DNA of 64,000 bases from Mantamonas sphyraenae STR306 (GCA_026936335.1 JAPMXV010000057.1:186001-250000); one strand, 5' to 3'. Shown: positions 12,883 to 24,233, counted from the first letter of the stretch. A program made the numbers and translations. The notes: generated by a model from the sequence alone, not told the origin.

Positions 12883-15823
12883 TCACCAGCGACCTCCACC
12901 GCGGCGACCTCCACCGCGGCGACCTCCACCACGTCGGCCACCCCAGGAACGACGGGAACGGCGCGAGCGACGAGCACGAGCAGCACGGGCACGAGCAGCA
13001 CGGGCACGAGCAGCGCGAGCACGAGCAGCGCGAGCACGGGCAGCACGAGCAGCAGCAGCGCGCGCACGGGCAGCACGAGCACGAGCGGCGCGAGCACGAG
13101 CAGCAGCAGCAGCGCGAGCACGAGCATGGGCGGCAGCACGAGCACGAGCAGCACGGGCACGAGCGGCAGCAGCAGCACGAGCACGAGCAGCGGCACGAGC
13201 ACGAGCAGCGGCGGCAGCACGAGCGCGAGCAGCACGGGCACGGGCGGCAGCAGCAGCACGAGCACGAGCAGCAGCACGAGCACGAGCACGAGCAGCAGCC
13301 TGGGCACGAGCGCGAGCAGCAGCACGAGCACGAGCAGCACGGGCACGGGCGGCAGCGGCAGCACGAGCGCGGGCAGCAGCACGAGCACGAGCACGAGCAG
13401 CAGCCTGGGCACGAGCACGAGCCTGAGCACGAGCACGGGCAGCGGCACGAGCGCGAGCTTGAGCACGAGCACGGGCCTGAGCGCGAGCACGAGCCTGAGC
13501 ACGAGCACGAGCAGCCTTACGAGCGCGGGCCTGAGCACGAGCACGGGCACGAGCAGCAGCCTGAGCGCGAGCACGTGCCTGAGCACGAGCACGGGCAGCC
13601 TTACGTGCGCGAGACGCAGCCTGGGCACGAGCACGAGCAGCCTTGGCACGTGCACGAGCAGCCTTGCGAGCACGCGATGCAGCCTTTGCGCGAGCACGTG
13701 CGGCCCGGGCGGCACGAGCGCGGGCCTGAGCCCTTGCGCGAGCAGCTTTGGCACGTGCACGTGTGGCACGGGCAGCCTTGGCACGAGCACGAGCGTTGGC
13801 ACGTGCCGCACGGGCCTTGGCGCGCGCTGCAGCACGGCCGCGCAGACCTGCCTTGCGAGCGTTGGCACGAGCCTTGGCCGCAGCGCGTGCAGCCAGGCCG
13901 CGGGCCTTGCGTGCTGCGCGCTCCTTGGCGCCACGCAGCGCAGCAGCGGTGGCACGGCGAGCACGGCGTGCCAAAGCACCAAACGACTTGGGACGCGATG
14001 TCTTGCCGTTCGTCTTCTTGCCCGAGAAGCGGTTGGAGATGCGGGACACCAGCCCCTCAACTGCCGATCGGTACGTGGACTTGATCTTGTCGTCCACCAG
14101 CCCCTTGACGTAGTTGCGTGCAAACGTGGCCGGCCCAAGCCCAGCCAACTTCTCCTTGGCCGCCTTCACAGCCTTGTTCACCAACGCACGTCCGGCCTTG
14201 GTGGACGTCAGGCGGCCCACAATGCTGCGTGCAGCCTTGCTGCGCAGCATGTTGTTGACAGCCTTGCTTGCGGCGAGACTCTCAAGACGCGTCAGCGCCT
14301 TGCCCTTGCGCACCGCCGTGGTGAGGGTCTTTTGGAGACCCGCAAGGCGCGGGTTGTTGGCAATGGCCGTCATCAGGCGCTGCTGGGAAGCAGTGAGTGC
14401 CCCCTTGCCCTTGGTGGCCAGGGAACGCAGAGGTCCGAAACGAGTGGCGAGATTGCCTGCAAACTTGCCAGCTCCCAGAGCCAGCTTGCCTGCCTTGGCC
14501 ACCGGCACCAGACCCAAGACTCCGCTTACAGCTGCTGCCTGCAGTTTCTGCTTCTGCGTGCCATCGGTAGCCAAGTAAGAGCCGAGGGCGCCGCCTGCAG
14601 CTGCGCCCACGGGCACACAGCCCGGTCCGCACGCCGCAAACCCAGCTGCGCCGCCTGCCACCATGCCAATTGTCTCGGCGTTGTCTTTGGCAAACTTCTT
14701 GCCCTTGGTGTATGCCACCTGGGCACCGTTGCCAATGGCAACACCGGCCGTGTGCAGCGCAGCTCCAGCCTCGCGAGCCACCGTCTTTGCTCCGTTGCCC
14801 ACTGCGCTCACAATCTCACCCGTCGTCATGGCTTTGATTTCGCCGTTGCGAACACGCTCACGGTTGCGGCGACGGATCGCAGCACCGCGCTCGTCCTGCA
14901 CCTCGCTGTCGCTGTCGCTGTCGCTGCTGCTGCTGTTGTTGGGGTCAACGGCACGAGTTTGCACAGGGTAACTCTTGCAAACGGCACGCACACTGAGCAT
15001 GGCATGCTGGAAGCGACGCATCTGCTTGCGGAGACGCCAGCGACGCTTCATCATGGCCGCGCTGGAGCGCAGACCCTTGGTGCCCACGCGTCCACTGGCC
15101 ACACGCGACGCGTAGTGACGCTGGTAGCGTTGGTAGCGCTGGATGCGCTGCATGGTGCGCGTCATCAGCTCACGTGCGTTGCTCAGCGACTTGGCAAAGT
15201 CTTCCGACGGCAGCTCTCGTCCACGCACGGCCTCCAGCAGTCGACGCTGCTGCAGCAGGTCTCGTCGCAGGTGCGAGAACGCACGGTCCGACTTGCTCAT
15301 GTCACGCGCAAACACGGCGTAGACAGGCTGTGCGATGCGGGGCTGCACGCTGTGGGGGGGAGGGGGGAGAGAAAAAAAAGGGGAGGGCGCGGAGGTTCGT
15401 TCGTTGGTGAGTTTTCGGAGGGAGGGATGGCGTTCTTTTTTGAACCCCCCTTTCTTTTGCCAACACTCACAAGCGACGGCGACGCAACCAACGTCGGAAC
15501 TGCCTACGCTCCTGATCGTCGGCGTCCATGTCTTCGATGTCGATGTTTGTCTCGGAATCGTCGTCCTCGTCCGAGTCTGCATCGGCGTCGTCCACGGCGT
15601 CGTACTCGCCGTCATTGTCCGACTCTGAGGAGGAAACGTCGTCGGCATCGTTTGCACGCTGCGTCTCCTCTTCAGGCAGGCCTTCGTCTGCCTCGCTGGA
15701 CATGGCCGACTCCACCGCCGACTCCGAGTCCGAAGACGACGACGCAGACGCATCGGACATGCACACGCACGCGCCAACCATCAAAAAGAGAAGGAAAAGA
15801 GCAAACTGTCTGTGGGCCGACAT
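12883..15823 (-). CDS. Secreted 939-aa protein: signal peptide, acidic pro-region, cationic helical region, glycine-zipper, long Ala-Arg repeat, GRRGG/Trp tail
   Basis: ATG at 15823 (MSAHRQFALFLLFLMVGACVC). Intron 15470-15350 (GTGAGT...ccccacag, phase 2) joins ...RRWLRRRRF to VQPRIAQ in the 964-aa ORF frame. Confidence 0.8.
12890..13970 (-). repeat. Coding low-complexity tandem repeat (GCT-CGT/GCT-GCT units) encoding poly(Ala-Arg), plus a 15-bp repeat encoding GRRGG
   Basis: Plus strand shows degenerate gcacga/gcagca hexamers for ~1 kb, and gcgacctccacc x3 at ~12889-12930. Confidence 0.9.
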
Positions 15824-15930
15824 GGTCCGCTCGAAAAGAACTTGAATCGAGAAAAAAGGGTGTGGCGCAGCCGGCGCTCCGCTCGCTCGCGCCTTGCACC
15901 CAACCAAAAAACGACAAACACCTGCTAGCA
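15824..15930. promoter_or_regulatory. Putative bidirectional promoter between two secreted-protein genes
   Basis: Only 107 bp separate the divergent ATGs at 15823 (-) and 15931 (+). Confidence 0.5.
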
Positions 15931-16635
15931 ATGAGCAAGAGCCTGATTGCCCTGCTGTTGATTGCCCTGTGCGCCTTTGCCATGGCCGAAGAAACCGCCC
16001 AGGAGGCACCCGTCGCCGAGACGGCCGCGGAAGCGGACGACGCGGACCTGGAGAAGGAGATTTCCCTCTCCGCCGGCGAGGAAGAGATCCTGGCTGAGGA
16101 CGACGATGTCGAGAGCGATGCCGCCGACGAATCGGATGTGTCGGACGAGACTGAGGATTCCGAGGACAGCGAGGAATCTGCCCTGGACAGCGACAGCGCT
16201 GTGGAGGACGAGTACGTTTGCGGCCATCCATTTTTTCATCCGCCAATTCATCCGGGCCCGTTTCAACGCCCCTAGACACACATACACACGTGGTCGACAG
16301 ACATCCACGTGCTCACACACATGAACCCACCCTCCCCCCGCCCCCCGTCTTTTCCACACAGGTCCAGCGTGGACAGCGACGTCGAGAAGGACGCCCTGCC
16401 GCAGGGCTCGGAGGAGGAAGCGGAGGATGAGTCGACTGAGGACGACGACAACGAGAACGACGAGGACGAATCGTCCGAGGAGGACTCTTCGGACGACGAG
16501 GAGGACAGCGACAGCTTCATCCCGCGCCACATCACCATCCCGGGCTTCAAGACCCCCAAGAGGGGTGTGACGCTCAAGAAGGGCGGCACGAAGAAGCAGC
16601 CCGTTGCTGGCATCAACGGATGGTGGAACTGGTAA
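15931..16635 (+). CDS. Small secreted prepropeptide, copy 2 (184 aa): signal peptide, D/E-rich spacer, cationic Trp-ending peptide
   Basis: MSKSLIALLLIALCAFAMA signal. Phase-2 intron 16212-16361 (GTACGT...ccacacag). C-terminus FIPRHITIPGFKTPKRGVTLKKGGTKKQPVAGINGWWNW*. Confidence 0.85.
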
Positions 16636-16678
16636 TTTACACACATGGGTAAAGTCCACGTTTGGCACCCTCCTCACC

Positions 16679-17371
16679 CTACGTCGTCGTTGTGTCCTCA
16701 CTGTCGTCTTGGGCGTCCATCTCGAAACGTGGAGGCCTGTCCTCTTCGGGCAGCACCAGGCGCAGCTCGTCCAAGCCTTGCATGATGCGTGCCACGTGAG
16801 CGTTGACCTGGCGCAGTTGTTCGTTGATGCGAGCCAGGTTATTGTCCGCCTGCTTGCCAAAGCCCTTGAGGTCGCTCACTTTGAACGCCGTCCTGTACAG
16901 CACGTTGTTCCCTGCCACCTCCAGCGCACCCATGCTCGTGCGCAGGATCCCCTGCCGCCTGCATACCTCCTTCGAACACACCCTCAGGTAATTCTTGTAT
17001 CGGCCCATGATGCCCACCATGTGTTCGCCCGTAACCACGTCCAAGTTCTCCTCCGCTGGCGCTCCCAGCAACTTGCTCCACGAAAACTGCGTCTCCGTCG
17101 ACGACTTGATCAATGGCTCCATCGGAGCCAGCTCCCTCAGCCGCGCCACGTCCGGTTCCACCTGTTCCTTGCGCCCTTCTAGCCTCTTCTTCTCTGTGAA
17201 GCTTGTCACGGTGATGATTTTCCCTTCCCGTTCCTCCGCCTCGTTTTCCGTGCCCACTTCCTTTGAGTACGACGCGTACGGGATCTCCTCACCCGCGTCT
17301 GCGTTTGTCTCCACCTTGCGTTTGCCCTTGCTCTGTTCGCCACCCGTTCCACTCGACTGTTCGTTGCCCAT
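16679..17371 (-). CDS. BORCS5: BLOC-1-related complex subunit 5 (myrlysin/LOH12CR1)
   Basis: Myristoylation-type start MGNEQSS. RYKNYLRVCSKEVCRRQ and C-terminal LDELRLVLPEEDRPPRF match the BORCS5 pattern. Confidence 0.8.
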   Translation of the reverse strand: MGNEQSSGTGGEQSKGKRKVETNADAGEEIPYASYSKEVGTENEAEEREGKIITVTSFTEKKRLEGRKEQVEPDVARLRELAPMEPLIKSSTETQFSWSKLLGAPAEENLDVVTGEHMVGIMGRYKNYLRVCSKEVCRRQGILRTSMGALEVAGNNVLYRTAFKVSDLKGFGKQADNNLARINEQLRQVNAHVARIMQGLDELRLVLPEEDRPPRFEMDAQDDSEDTTTT

Positions 17372-17545
17372 GTGGTGTTTCGAATTCCCCTGCCTCTGCA
17401 TGGGCACCATGCACAGCACCCACGTCCCCCCCCACCCCCCCCGCGAGCACCCTGTGTGCCCGTGCTCGTGCGCATGCACCAGCAGACCGTTGTGTGGGTT
17501 GTTCAATCCAGTGCAATCACGTGTGCTTCATTGTCGCAATCTTGC

Positions 17546-19297
17546 TCACCCGTCCTCTTCTTCAACCTCATCCTGTCCCCACACGTCCTCTTCCCTGTCC
17601 TGACGGCCAAGGCCCTGACTCGACAACTTGAGCATTTGCTCGTGCAGTGCTCCCGACGAGGCAAGAACCTTCTGCTGCTCCTCAAACTCGGCCTCCATCT
17701 GAGCCAGCTCGCGATCGACAAGGCTGGCTTTGCCTGCTGCGTCGTTTGCCATCTCCTGCGCCACATCCTCCTCCTCGCGAGCCTTCTTCACCTGTTGTCG
17801 CTGCACCGCCGCACGAAGGCGTTTGGCAAACGACATGGTCACCATCGGGTTGGCTGAGCTTTCCTCCGACTTTGGGATGATCACCGTCGACATTTCCAGA
17901 TACAGGGCAATCATGGCCAGGCGGTCGATGCTCACCTTGTTCAACCCATCCGTCATGCTTGCCTCTGCGCATTTGTACATCGCCCGCATCGTTTGGTGGT
18001 GTGTCGTCTGCACTCCCGGCACCACAGGCACGAGCACCTCTTCAAACTCGTCAAACGTCAGGTAGTTGCGGTAGAAGAGGTCGTGGTTGCGCAGCAGCCG
18101 CCGCATCTTTTGGAATCGAGGCTCGATCTTCTTCAGCAGCAGCTTGTTGTAGTACTGCACCAGCGACTCTGCGCTCACGTTGTTTTCGCAGAACATCATG
18201 TAGTCCTGCACCAGGATTTCCAGCTGCTCCTTCAGATCCTCGTCAGGGTACAGCTCCGCCATGAGCTCGCGAAAGTCGGCCTTGGTTTCCATCGGCCTAC
18301 CAGTCTCGCGCAGATGCTCCTCCAGGTGGCGGACAATTCGCCACGCGCTGTCGTCCTCCACATCCAGGAACAACTGGATGAAAAGGTCGATTTCGTCGCG
18401 CGAGCCCTCGTACGTGTACAGCGCCTTGAGGTAGTCGTGCATCACGTTGAGCACCACGTTGTCCATCCCGCCGTACTTGTACTCAAAGTACTCATGCACA
18501 AACTCCTGGAACGGCTTGATGCTGCCGTGCAGGTTGTCGTTGGCCTCTTTCATCGTGTACGTCTCACGGATCATCATCATCAGCCTCTGCAGGGTGATTT
18601 CCCTCTGCACACGCGGCACAAACCCGCCCCACTCTTTGTAGATGTCAAACAGCGGCGATTCAGGCAGCTCCTCCGCCGTCCGCGTTCTGTACACGTTGCT
18701 CATCTTCTCATCCACCACAGACTGTTGGATGCGCAGCTTGGGCCGCGCCAGCCGCACGTGTGTGGTCCCGGGAGACACGCGAAGGGTGTACTCGGTTTCC
18801 AGCCGATGAGGGCACATGAGGATTCGGTCCCCGCACTCCACACACAGCTGGTCCCTGTGTTGCATCCGCTCCAGACGGAAGGTGTTGCCCTCGTCTTCCG
18901 ACGTCAGCACCTGGATCCCGTACGCGTTGCGTTTGTTCATCAGCACGCGCGCCACCTCGTCCTTGTTGTCGTTCACCTGTGCCTCCAGCCACTTGATTTG
19001 CTGCTGCACATACTCCAGTTCCTCCTGACACTTTTCCAGGTCCGACACGAGGCCCTTGCGCAGGTTGAGAATCAGTGTTTCCGCACTCATCTTTTCCAGA
19101 GCCTGCGCGTGATCCTGGTCGTATTTCGTCACCAGTGTCGACTGCAGCTCAATCAGTTGCATTTCCACCTTGCGCGCCTCCTCCAGATCCTCCTTGAACA
19201 GCTCCTCGCTCCCGAGCACGTGCTCCTCGTTGAACCGTGCGTTGCTCGTGAACCCCGCAAACGCTGTGCGTCCCCCCAGTTGACGTGTCAGTGGATC

Positions 19298-19341
<44 letters not shown>

Positions 19342-20923
19342 CCAAAAACATACTCTCTTCCATGGAGTCAATCTTTGCGTGCTGTGCACTCAGCTGCTTG
19401 TTCTCGCGCATCACATCGCGCAGATCCATCTCATGGCCCTCCACCTTTTCGCTCATCATCTGAAACAGCTTGACGTGCTCACGTTCGCTGTGCGCCTTGT
19501 CGCTCTCCAGCTGTGCGTATCGCTGCTGCAGCGTGTGCAGCTGATTCTGCAACATTTGGATGCGCTTCGTCTGCGCCTCCATCTCCACCATTTGCGACTC
19601 GACTCGTTCCTTCAAGTCTTCCACCTGGGTTTCCCGGTGGTACAGTTTCGACGTCAGCTGCTCGATTTCCTCCTGTTTGCTTTGTTCGCCGCTGCTCTTT
19701 TCAAAGTACAGCCGCTCCACAAGCACATAGTACGGGATGCGTTCAATGGACGGACCACTCGTGGCCGTGAATCCGTACGAGCTGAAGATGGCCTTGTACA
19801 GCTCCGAACGCACCAGATCAAACACCTCCTCAAACGGCGCAAACAGCCGCATGATCTGCTCAAACATCCTCCACGTGATGGCAGTGCGCAGGATGTGTGG
19901 CTTGTTCTCTGGAGTGCGTGTCTTGGCCAGCTCCTCCTTCAGCTTCACCTCGTAGTACAGCGCCGCGCTGCGTGCTTTGAACTGCATCTGGCTCGGATCC
20001 CCGTTCCAGTCAAAGCCCAGCTCTTCCATGTGTCCGTCCTGCAACTGGTACTGGAATGGCGAGTCGTCCAGATTCTCAACGCCACTCATGGATTCCAAGT
20101 ACCCGAGCCCTCCGCTGGCCCCTCGCTCGCTCTCACTCTGCTTCAGCATGCGCACGGGCATGCTTTGCGAGTTGGACATGTCCCCTTGCTTGCCACCACG
20201 CCCTTTTCTGTGCCTCCCCTTGACCCGTAGTCCTGAATATGTCTCTGGGCGCAGCTGAGCCTTGCGCCTGGCCGCCGCCTCAGCCGCCGCTGCCTCTTCG
20301 TCTTCTTCGTCGTCCTCTTCGTCGTCCTCTCCTTTGTCCAACCCTCGGTTTCTTCGGCCCCTTCCTCCTTCCATGGTCATGTCCTCCATCCCAAGTCCTC
20401 CTGGCGAGTCGATGGCATCCAGGTCCAGCCTCAGCGCCGCCTCCAACTGATGCAGCTCCGATCGGTCCTTGCGCACCGTCTCCATCTTTTCGTTGTCTTC
20501 TACAATGTGGTGCGTATGCAAGTCTAGGTCTGCGTCCTTTTCAAACGAAAACTGAAAGTCGTTGCCCTCCGACGCGCCAGTGTTTGTCGCCTTTGCATCT
20601 TCCTCGGACCGTTGCGCTTCCGCGGCGGCTCCTTTCCCGTGGCTCTGGCGCCCGCTCCTGCTTCCTCCACGCGACAAACTTTGCGATGTGTCCCCCTGTG
20701 TCTTCGGCCGTCCGTGACTGCTTCCCCTGCTGCTCCTGCTGCTTGCTGTGTGTCCTCTGCTCGGCGGCTTGCGTGTCTGGAAATCCGTTTGCCGGGCGTT
20801 GGTGTCAGCGATCACCCTCCTCGCACATCCATCTCTCGACGGCGTCGGTCCATGTGGACATTCCTCGGTGCTCGATGCACACACTCTCACGGACAGAGCA
20901 CACAAACTCACCTGGCTGCTCAT
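17546..20923 (-). CDS. Coiled-coil protein with C-terminal EF-hand-like region, TSNAXIP1-like (possibly flagellar)
   Basis: Long ORF with probable in-frame introns 20911-20777 and 19353-19264. Central coiled coil, CVECGDRILMCPH motif, FQEFVHEYFEYKYG and YLTFDEFEEVL segments. Confidence 0.6.
19299..19338. repeat. (CT)n/(GA)n microsatellite within a predicted intron
   Basis: About 20 CT units seen directly. Confidence 0.95.
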
Positions 20924-21276
20924 GGGTCGGGTCCGAGTTTCCTTTGCGGCCAACTCGCGTTGCTACTCTGGAGGACAAGAAGACACGGTCCAACAGTCGG
21001 GGATGGAGGAGAGGTGTCCATTGATTTGGGTTTCCATGAAAATCTCGTCCATCACCTGATCCATGGACGAAAACGCAACGCAACTCAGGTTTCAAGTGGA
21101 CCAAGCATGTGGCTTTGTTTGTTGTCGGCCTTGTGTGTGCGACTGACTGGATGACACCGCTACGGTCACTGCCCACTCTCTCTCTCGCTTTCACCCGCAT
21201 TGCAACGATCACGACGCGGCGTGGCAGCACGAGCCGGCGCGCAGACAGCTCCTTTCAGCACGCAAAATCACAACCT

Positions 21277-23976
21277 TCAAACACGGCGGCGCTTGCCCTG
21301 AGCCTTGGAACGAGCCTGAGCCTGAGTCTGAGCCTTGGCCTGGGTCTGTGCCTGGGGCTTGCCCTGGATCTTCGCCAGCAGAGCATGGCTGCGCTGGAGA
21401 AGAGCCTCGCGACGCTTGAGCATGGTCGCGTGCATCTTGCGCTGCGCGCGTGCCAGACGACGGTCCTGCTGGTTGAGGGCAGCCAGGTTCTTGGTGCGAT
21501 CGTTCAACGTCACGTTGACCTTGCGCACGTGCACCTGGTAGCTCGTCAGCTTGCGCTTCAGACGCTGCATCGCAGCCACCATGGCAGCGACAGCCTGCTT
21601 ACGCTTGCGCTCCTGCGCGGCTGTTGCCTTCTTGATGCCCTTCACGACGCTCGTGGTCTTGGCGTGCTTCTTCTGGACCTTGTTGGCCAGCTTGGTGCGG
21701 AAGCGGTTGATGCGCTTGTCCAGCTGGCTCACCTTGCGGCGGATCGTCACACACAGCTCACCTGTCGTCTTGCCAAACTTTTGGCAAGCGCGCAGAAACA
21801 CGCGGTGGTGCTTCTTTACGTTTTCCAGGCGGTTGCGGCGCGCGCGGTATGTGGCCAGCGCCCGGTTGTACCACGCCACCCACTGGTTCAGGGCTGCGTG
21901 CAGGCGGTTCGTCACACGGCGGAACGCCACCGAGCGGTTGTCGATCTGCGAGCGCGTGCGCAGCATGCGTGCGTGCAGCAGGCGCATGACCTTGACAAAG
22001 CGCTTCAGGGAACGGCGCGTCTTGGTCTGGTCGGCTGTGTTCTGGCGAACACGCTTCTGGATACGCTGGTGCAGCGTCGCAAGCTTGGTCTGCAGCTTGG
22101 CTGCGTCCTTGCGCGTCTGCTTGTGCAGGTTGCGGATGCCCTTTACAATGCGGCGACGCACATCGCTGGTCTGCATGTCCGAAACATCCTGGCTGCAGTC
22201 CGAGCAGTGACCCAGCTCGTGGGCCATCTCGTTGCGCAGCGTGTCGTACTCGATCGCTGTGTTGTAGTCCGACAGTCGCTGCTCTGCGTGTGCCTCGTCC
22301 AGCGATTCTTCCTCGCTGTTCGACGCCTGCAGCGACGCCTTCAGGTCGCGCACCTCGTCGGCCATGCCGCTCTCGCCTGCGCTTCCCTCCACGTCCTCGT
22401 AATCCGACGACGAGGCGCTCTCGGGCGCATACTCTGCCGTCTCCGAGTCCATGTCCTCGTCCTCGTCCACCAGATCGGCTGCCTCGCTGGGCAGCTCGGG
22501 CTGGCGGTCGGTGTTGCGCAGCAAGCCCATGTCGGCCTTTTGCGGTTCCTCCGTCAGCCACACGCCACTGTGCTTGGCACTGGCCGTCGCTCCGGCGCCG
22601 CCGCTGCTACTGCTGCTGCTGCTGCCGGCCGGCTTCTTCGTGACATGATGGTGGGACACGATACCCTGGTCCTGGTCCTGGTCCTCGTCGGCCACCAGGT
22701 CATCGTCGTCGGCGTCGTCCATAAGCGATGCCTCGTCGACCTTGGTGCCCTCGTCGGCCTCGTCCGCGAGGTCTGCGTCTTCCTCCGAGCTGCGCACCAC
22801 CTCCTCGTCCTCCACGTCCAGGTCCTCGTCGTTGTCGGCAATGTCCAGTTCCGCGGGTTCGTCAAGCGCAACCTCTGCGGTGCTGGCAACCTTGTTTGCC
22901 GTCGTTGTTGTTGTTTGCGTCTCGCTCAATGCGTCCGCTGTGTTCTCGGTCTTGCTGCTGCTCGCACGCTTGCTGGATGCTTCCAGCTCCTGTGCCGCTT
23001 GCTCCTCCTCCTCGCTGCTGTCCTTCAGGTTGTCAGCTGCGTCGAGGCTGCTGACCACGCTGGGTTCCGTGCTGCTCGAGTCCACCACAGCTGCCTCGGT
23101 GCTAGGCACCAGGCTGCTGCCGGCTTCATCGGCAGACGAGTCTTCGTACTCGCCTGCAGGAGTGGTCTGTTGCGAAACACTTTGTGTCACAGGCGCGTCG
23201 TCGCTGCTGTCCACCACCGTGGGCACTTCCGACGACGACACCGCCTGCTGCACGCTGCTCGGCTTCACAACCACATTCGTCAACTGTGCCATGTGCGCCG
23301 TCCCACATCCATGCCATGTGTGTCAGTTTTGACGCTGTGCATCCAGCCTCTTTGTCTCCCTCGTGCTCCAGCCTCCCGCGAAAGGACATCCGCAATCGCA
23401 CAATTCGCTGCTTGCGACGTTTGCCCTGGACAAACCCTCCTCAGCACTGCCGCACTGCACATCGACACGTCGCATACGCCTGCCCTGCGTCTACACGCAT
23501 TCACCACTCTGTGAAGCTGGCTCTGCGACGTCTCTCTGCGCTGTGTCTGGCTGTGGGGCGCCAGGGCGGTGCGCACGCGCCCGTTTTTTTCCCTCCCCAT
23601 CCAGCCCCGAATCTACCCGTCCGGCGTCTGCCTCCCACAGCCCACACATGGGCTACTGCACGACTGCACTGTGCGCACACATGCACCGACAATCTGCTGC
23701 ATGTGTGCGCACTGTGCGCCTGCATGCCCTGGGCGTGTCCCGCAGCGACGCAAGACGGGCATTCGTCGGAGAGAACCGGAAAAAGCTTCGAGCGGCCGCT
23801 TCCTCTTTCTCCCCACTCCCTTGCGTCCCTCCTTGTTCTCATGTGACACAACTTACCGAAGGGCTGTGTGCGTTTGCAGCGGACACAAAGGTGTTTGAGA
23901 CCAGCAACAACACAACAAAGAACACAGACACACGAGCGGACTGAACGGAGCGCATTGTGGTTTGCAACGTGCTCAT
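21277..23976 (-). CDS. Secreted ~708-aa protein: signal peptide, S/T/D/E-rich N-terminal half, K/R-rich helical C-terminal half
   Basis: Exon 23976-23857 (…VSVFFVVLLLVSNTFVSAANA; alternative ATG at 23955). Phase-0 intron 23856-23284 (GTAAGT...actgac...gcacag). Exon 23283-21277. Confidence 0.75.
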
Positions 23977-24233
23977 TCTTCCCGTAGTCTGTGAGTTCCT
24001 GTTGGGGTTGTCTTGGGTTCTCGTAAACGTCCTTGGTTCAGCTATTCCGGTACCGGTGATTGGTTTAAAATGTAAGCGGCTGAACGACTCGCTTCCTTGG
24101 TTCGGATGGTCCGGCGGGCGCAGGCGTCTGGTGAGCAAACACAAAAACCCCGGAAGCCTCGATGAGCAGCAGCAGCAGCAGCAGCAGTAGTAGCAGCAGC
24201 AGCAGCAGTAGCAGCAGCGAGGATCGACGGGAC

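Noticed and set aside
12890-13970. Repeat array as CRISPR or telomere/satellite
   Set aside because: No constant repeat with unique spacers. It is a degenerate coding repeat in a eukaryotic gene.
12839-16275. + strand ORFs over the repeat (His/Glu/Gln-rich 403 aa, Ser/Thr-rich 1049 aa, poly-AR 195 aa)
   Set aside because: The hexamer repeat lacks stops in most frames. Only the - strand frame connects to a signal-peptide exon through a canonical intron. The end of the 1049-aa ORF is just exon 1 of the 15931 gene.
17993-23514. Long + strand ORFs (745 aa, 801 aa)
   Set aside because: Antisense shadows of the - strand genes, caused by GC-rich codon bias.
24162-24219. (CAG/AGC)n tract as poly-Gln or poly-Ser
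   Set aside because: Probably 5' UTR or a dispensable N-terminal extension; the Gln frame is interrupted by TAG.
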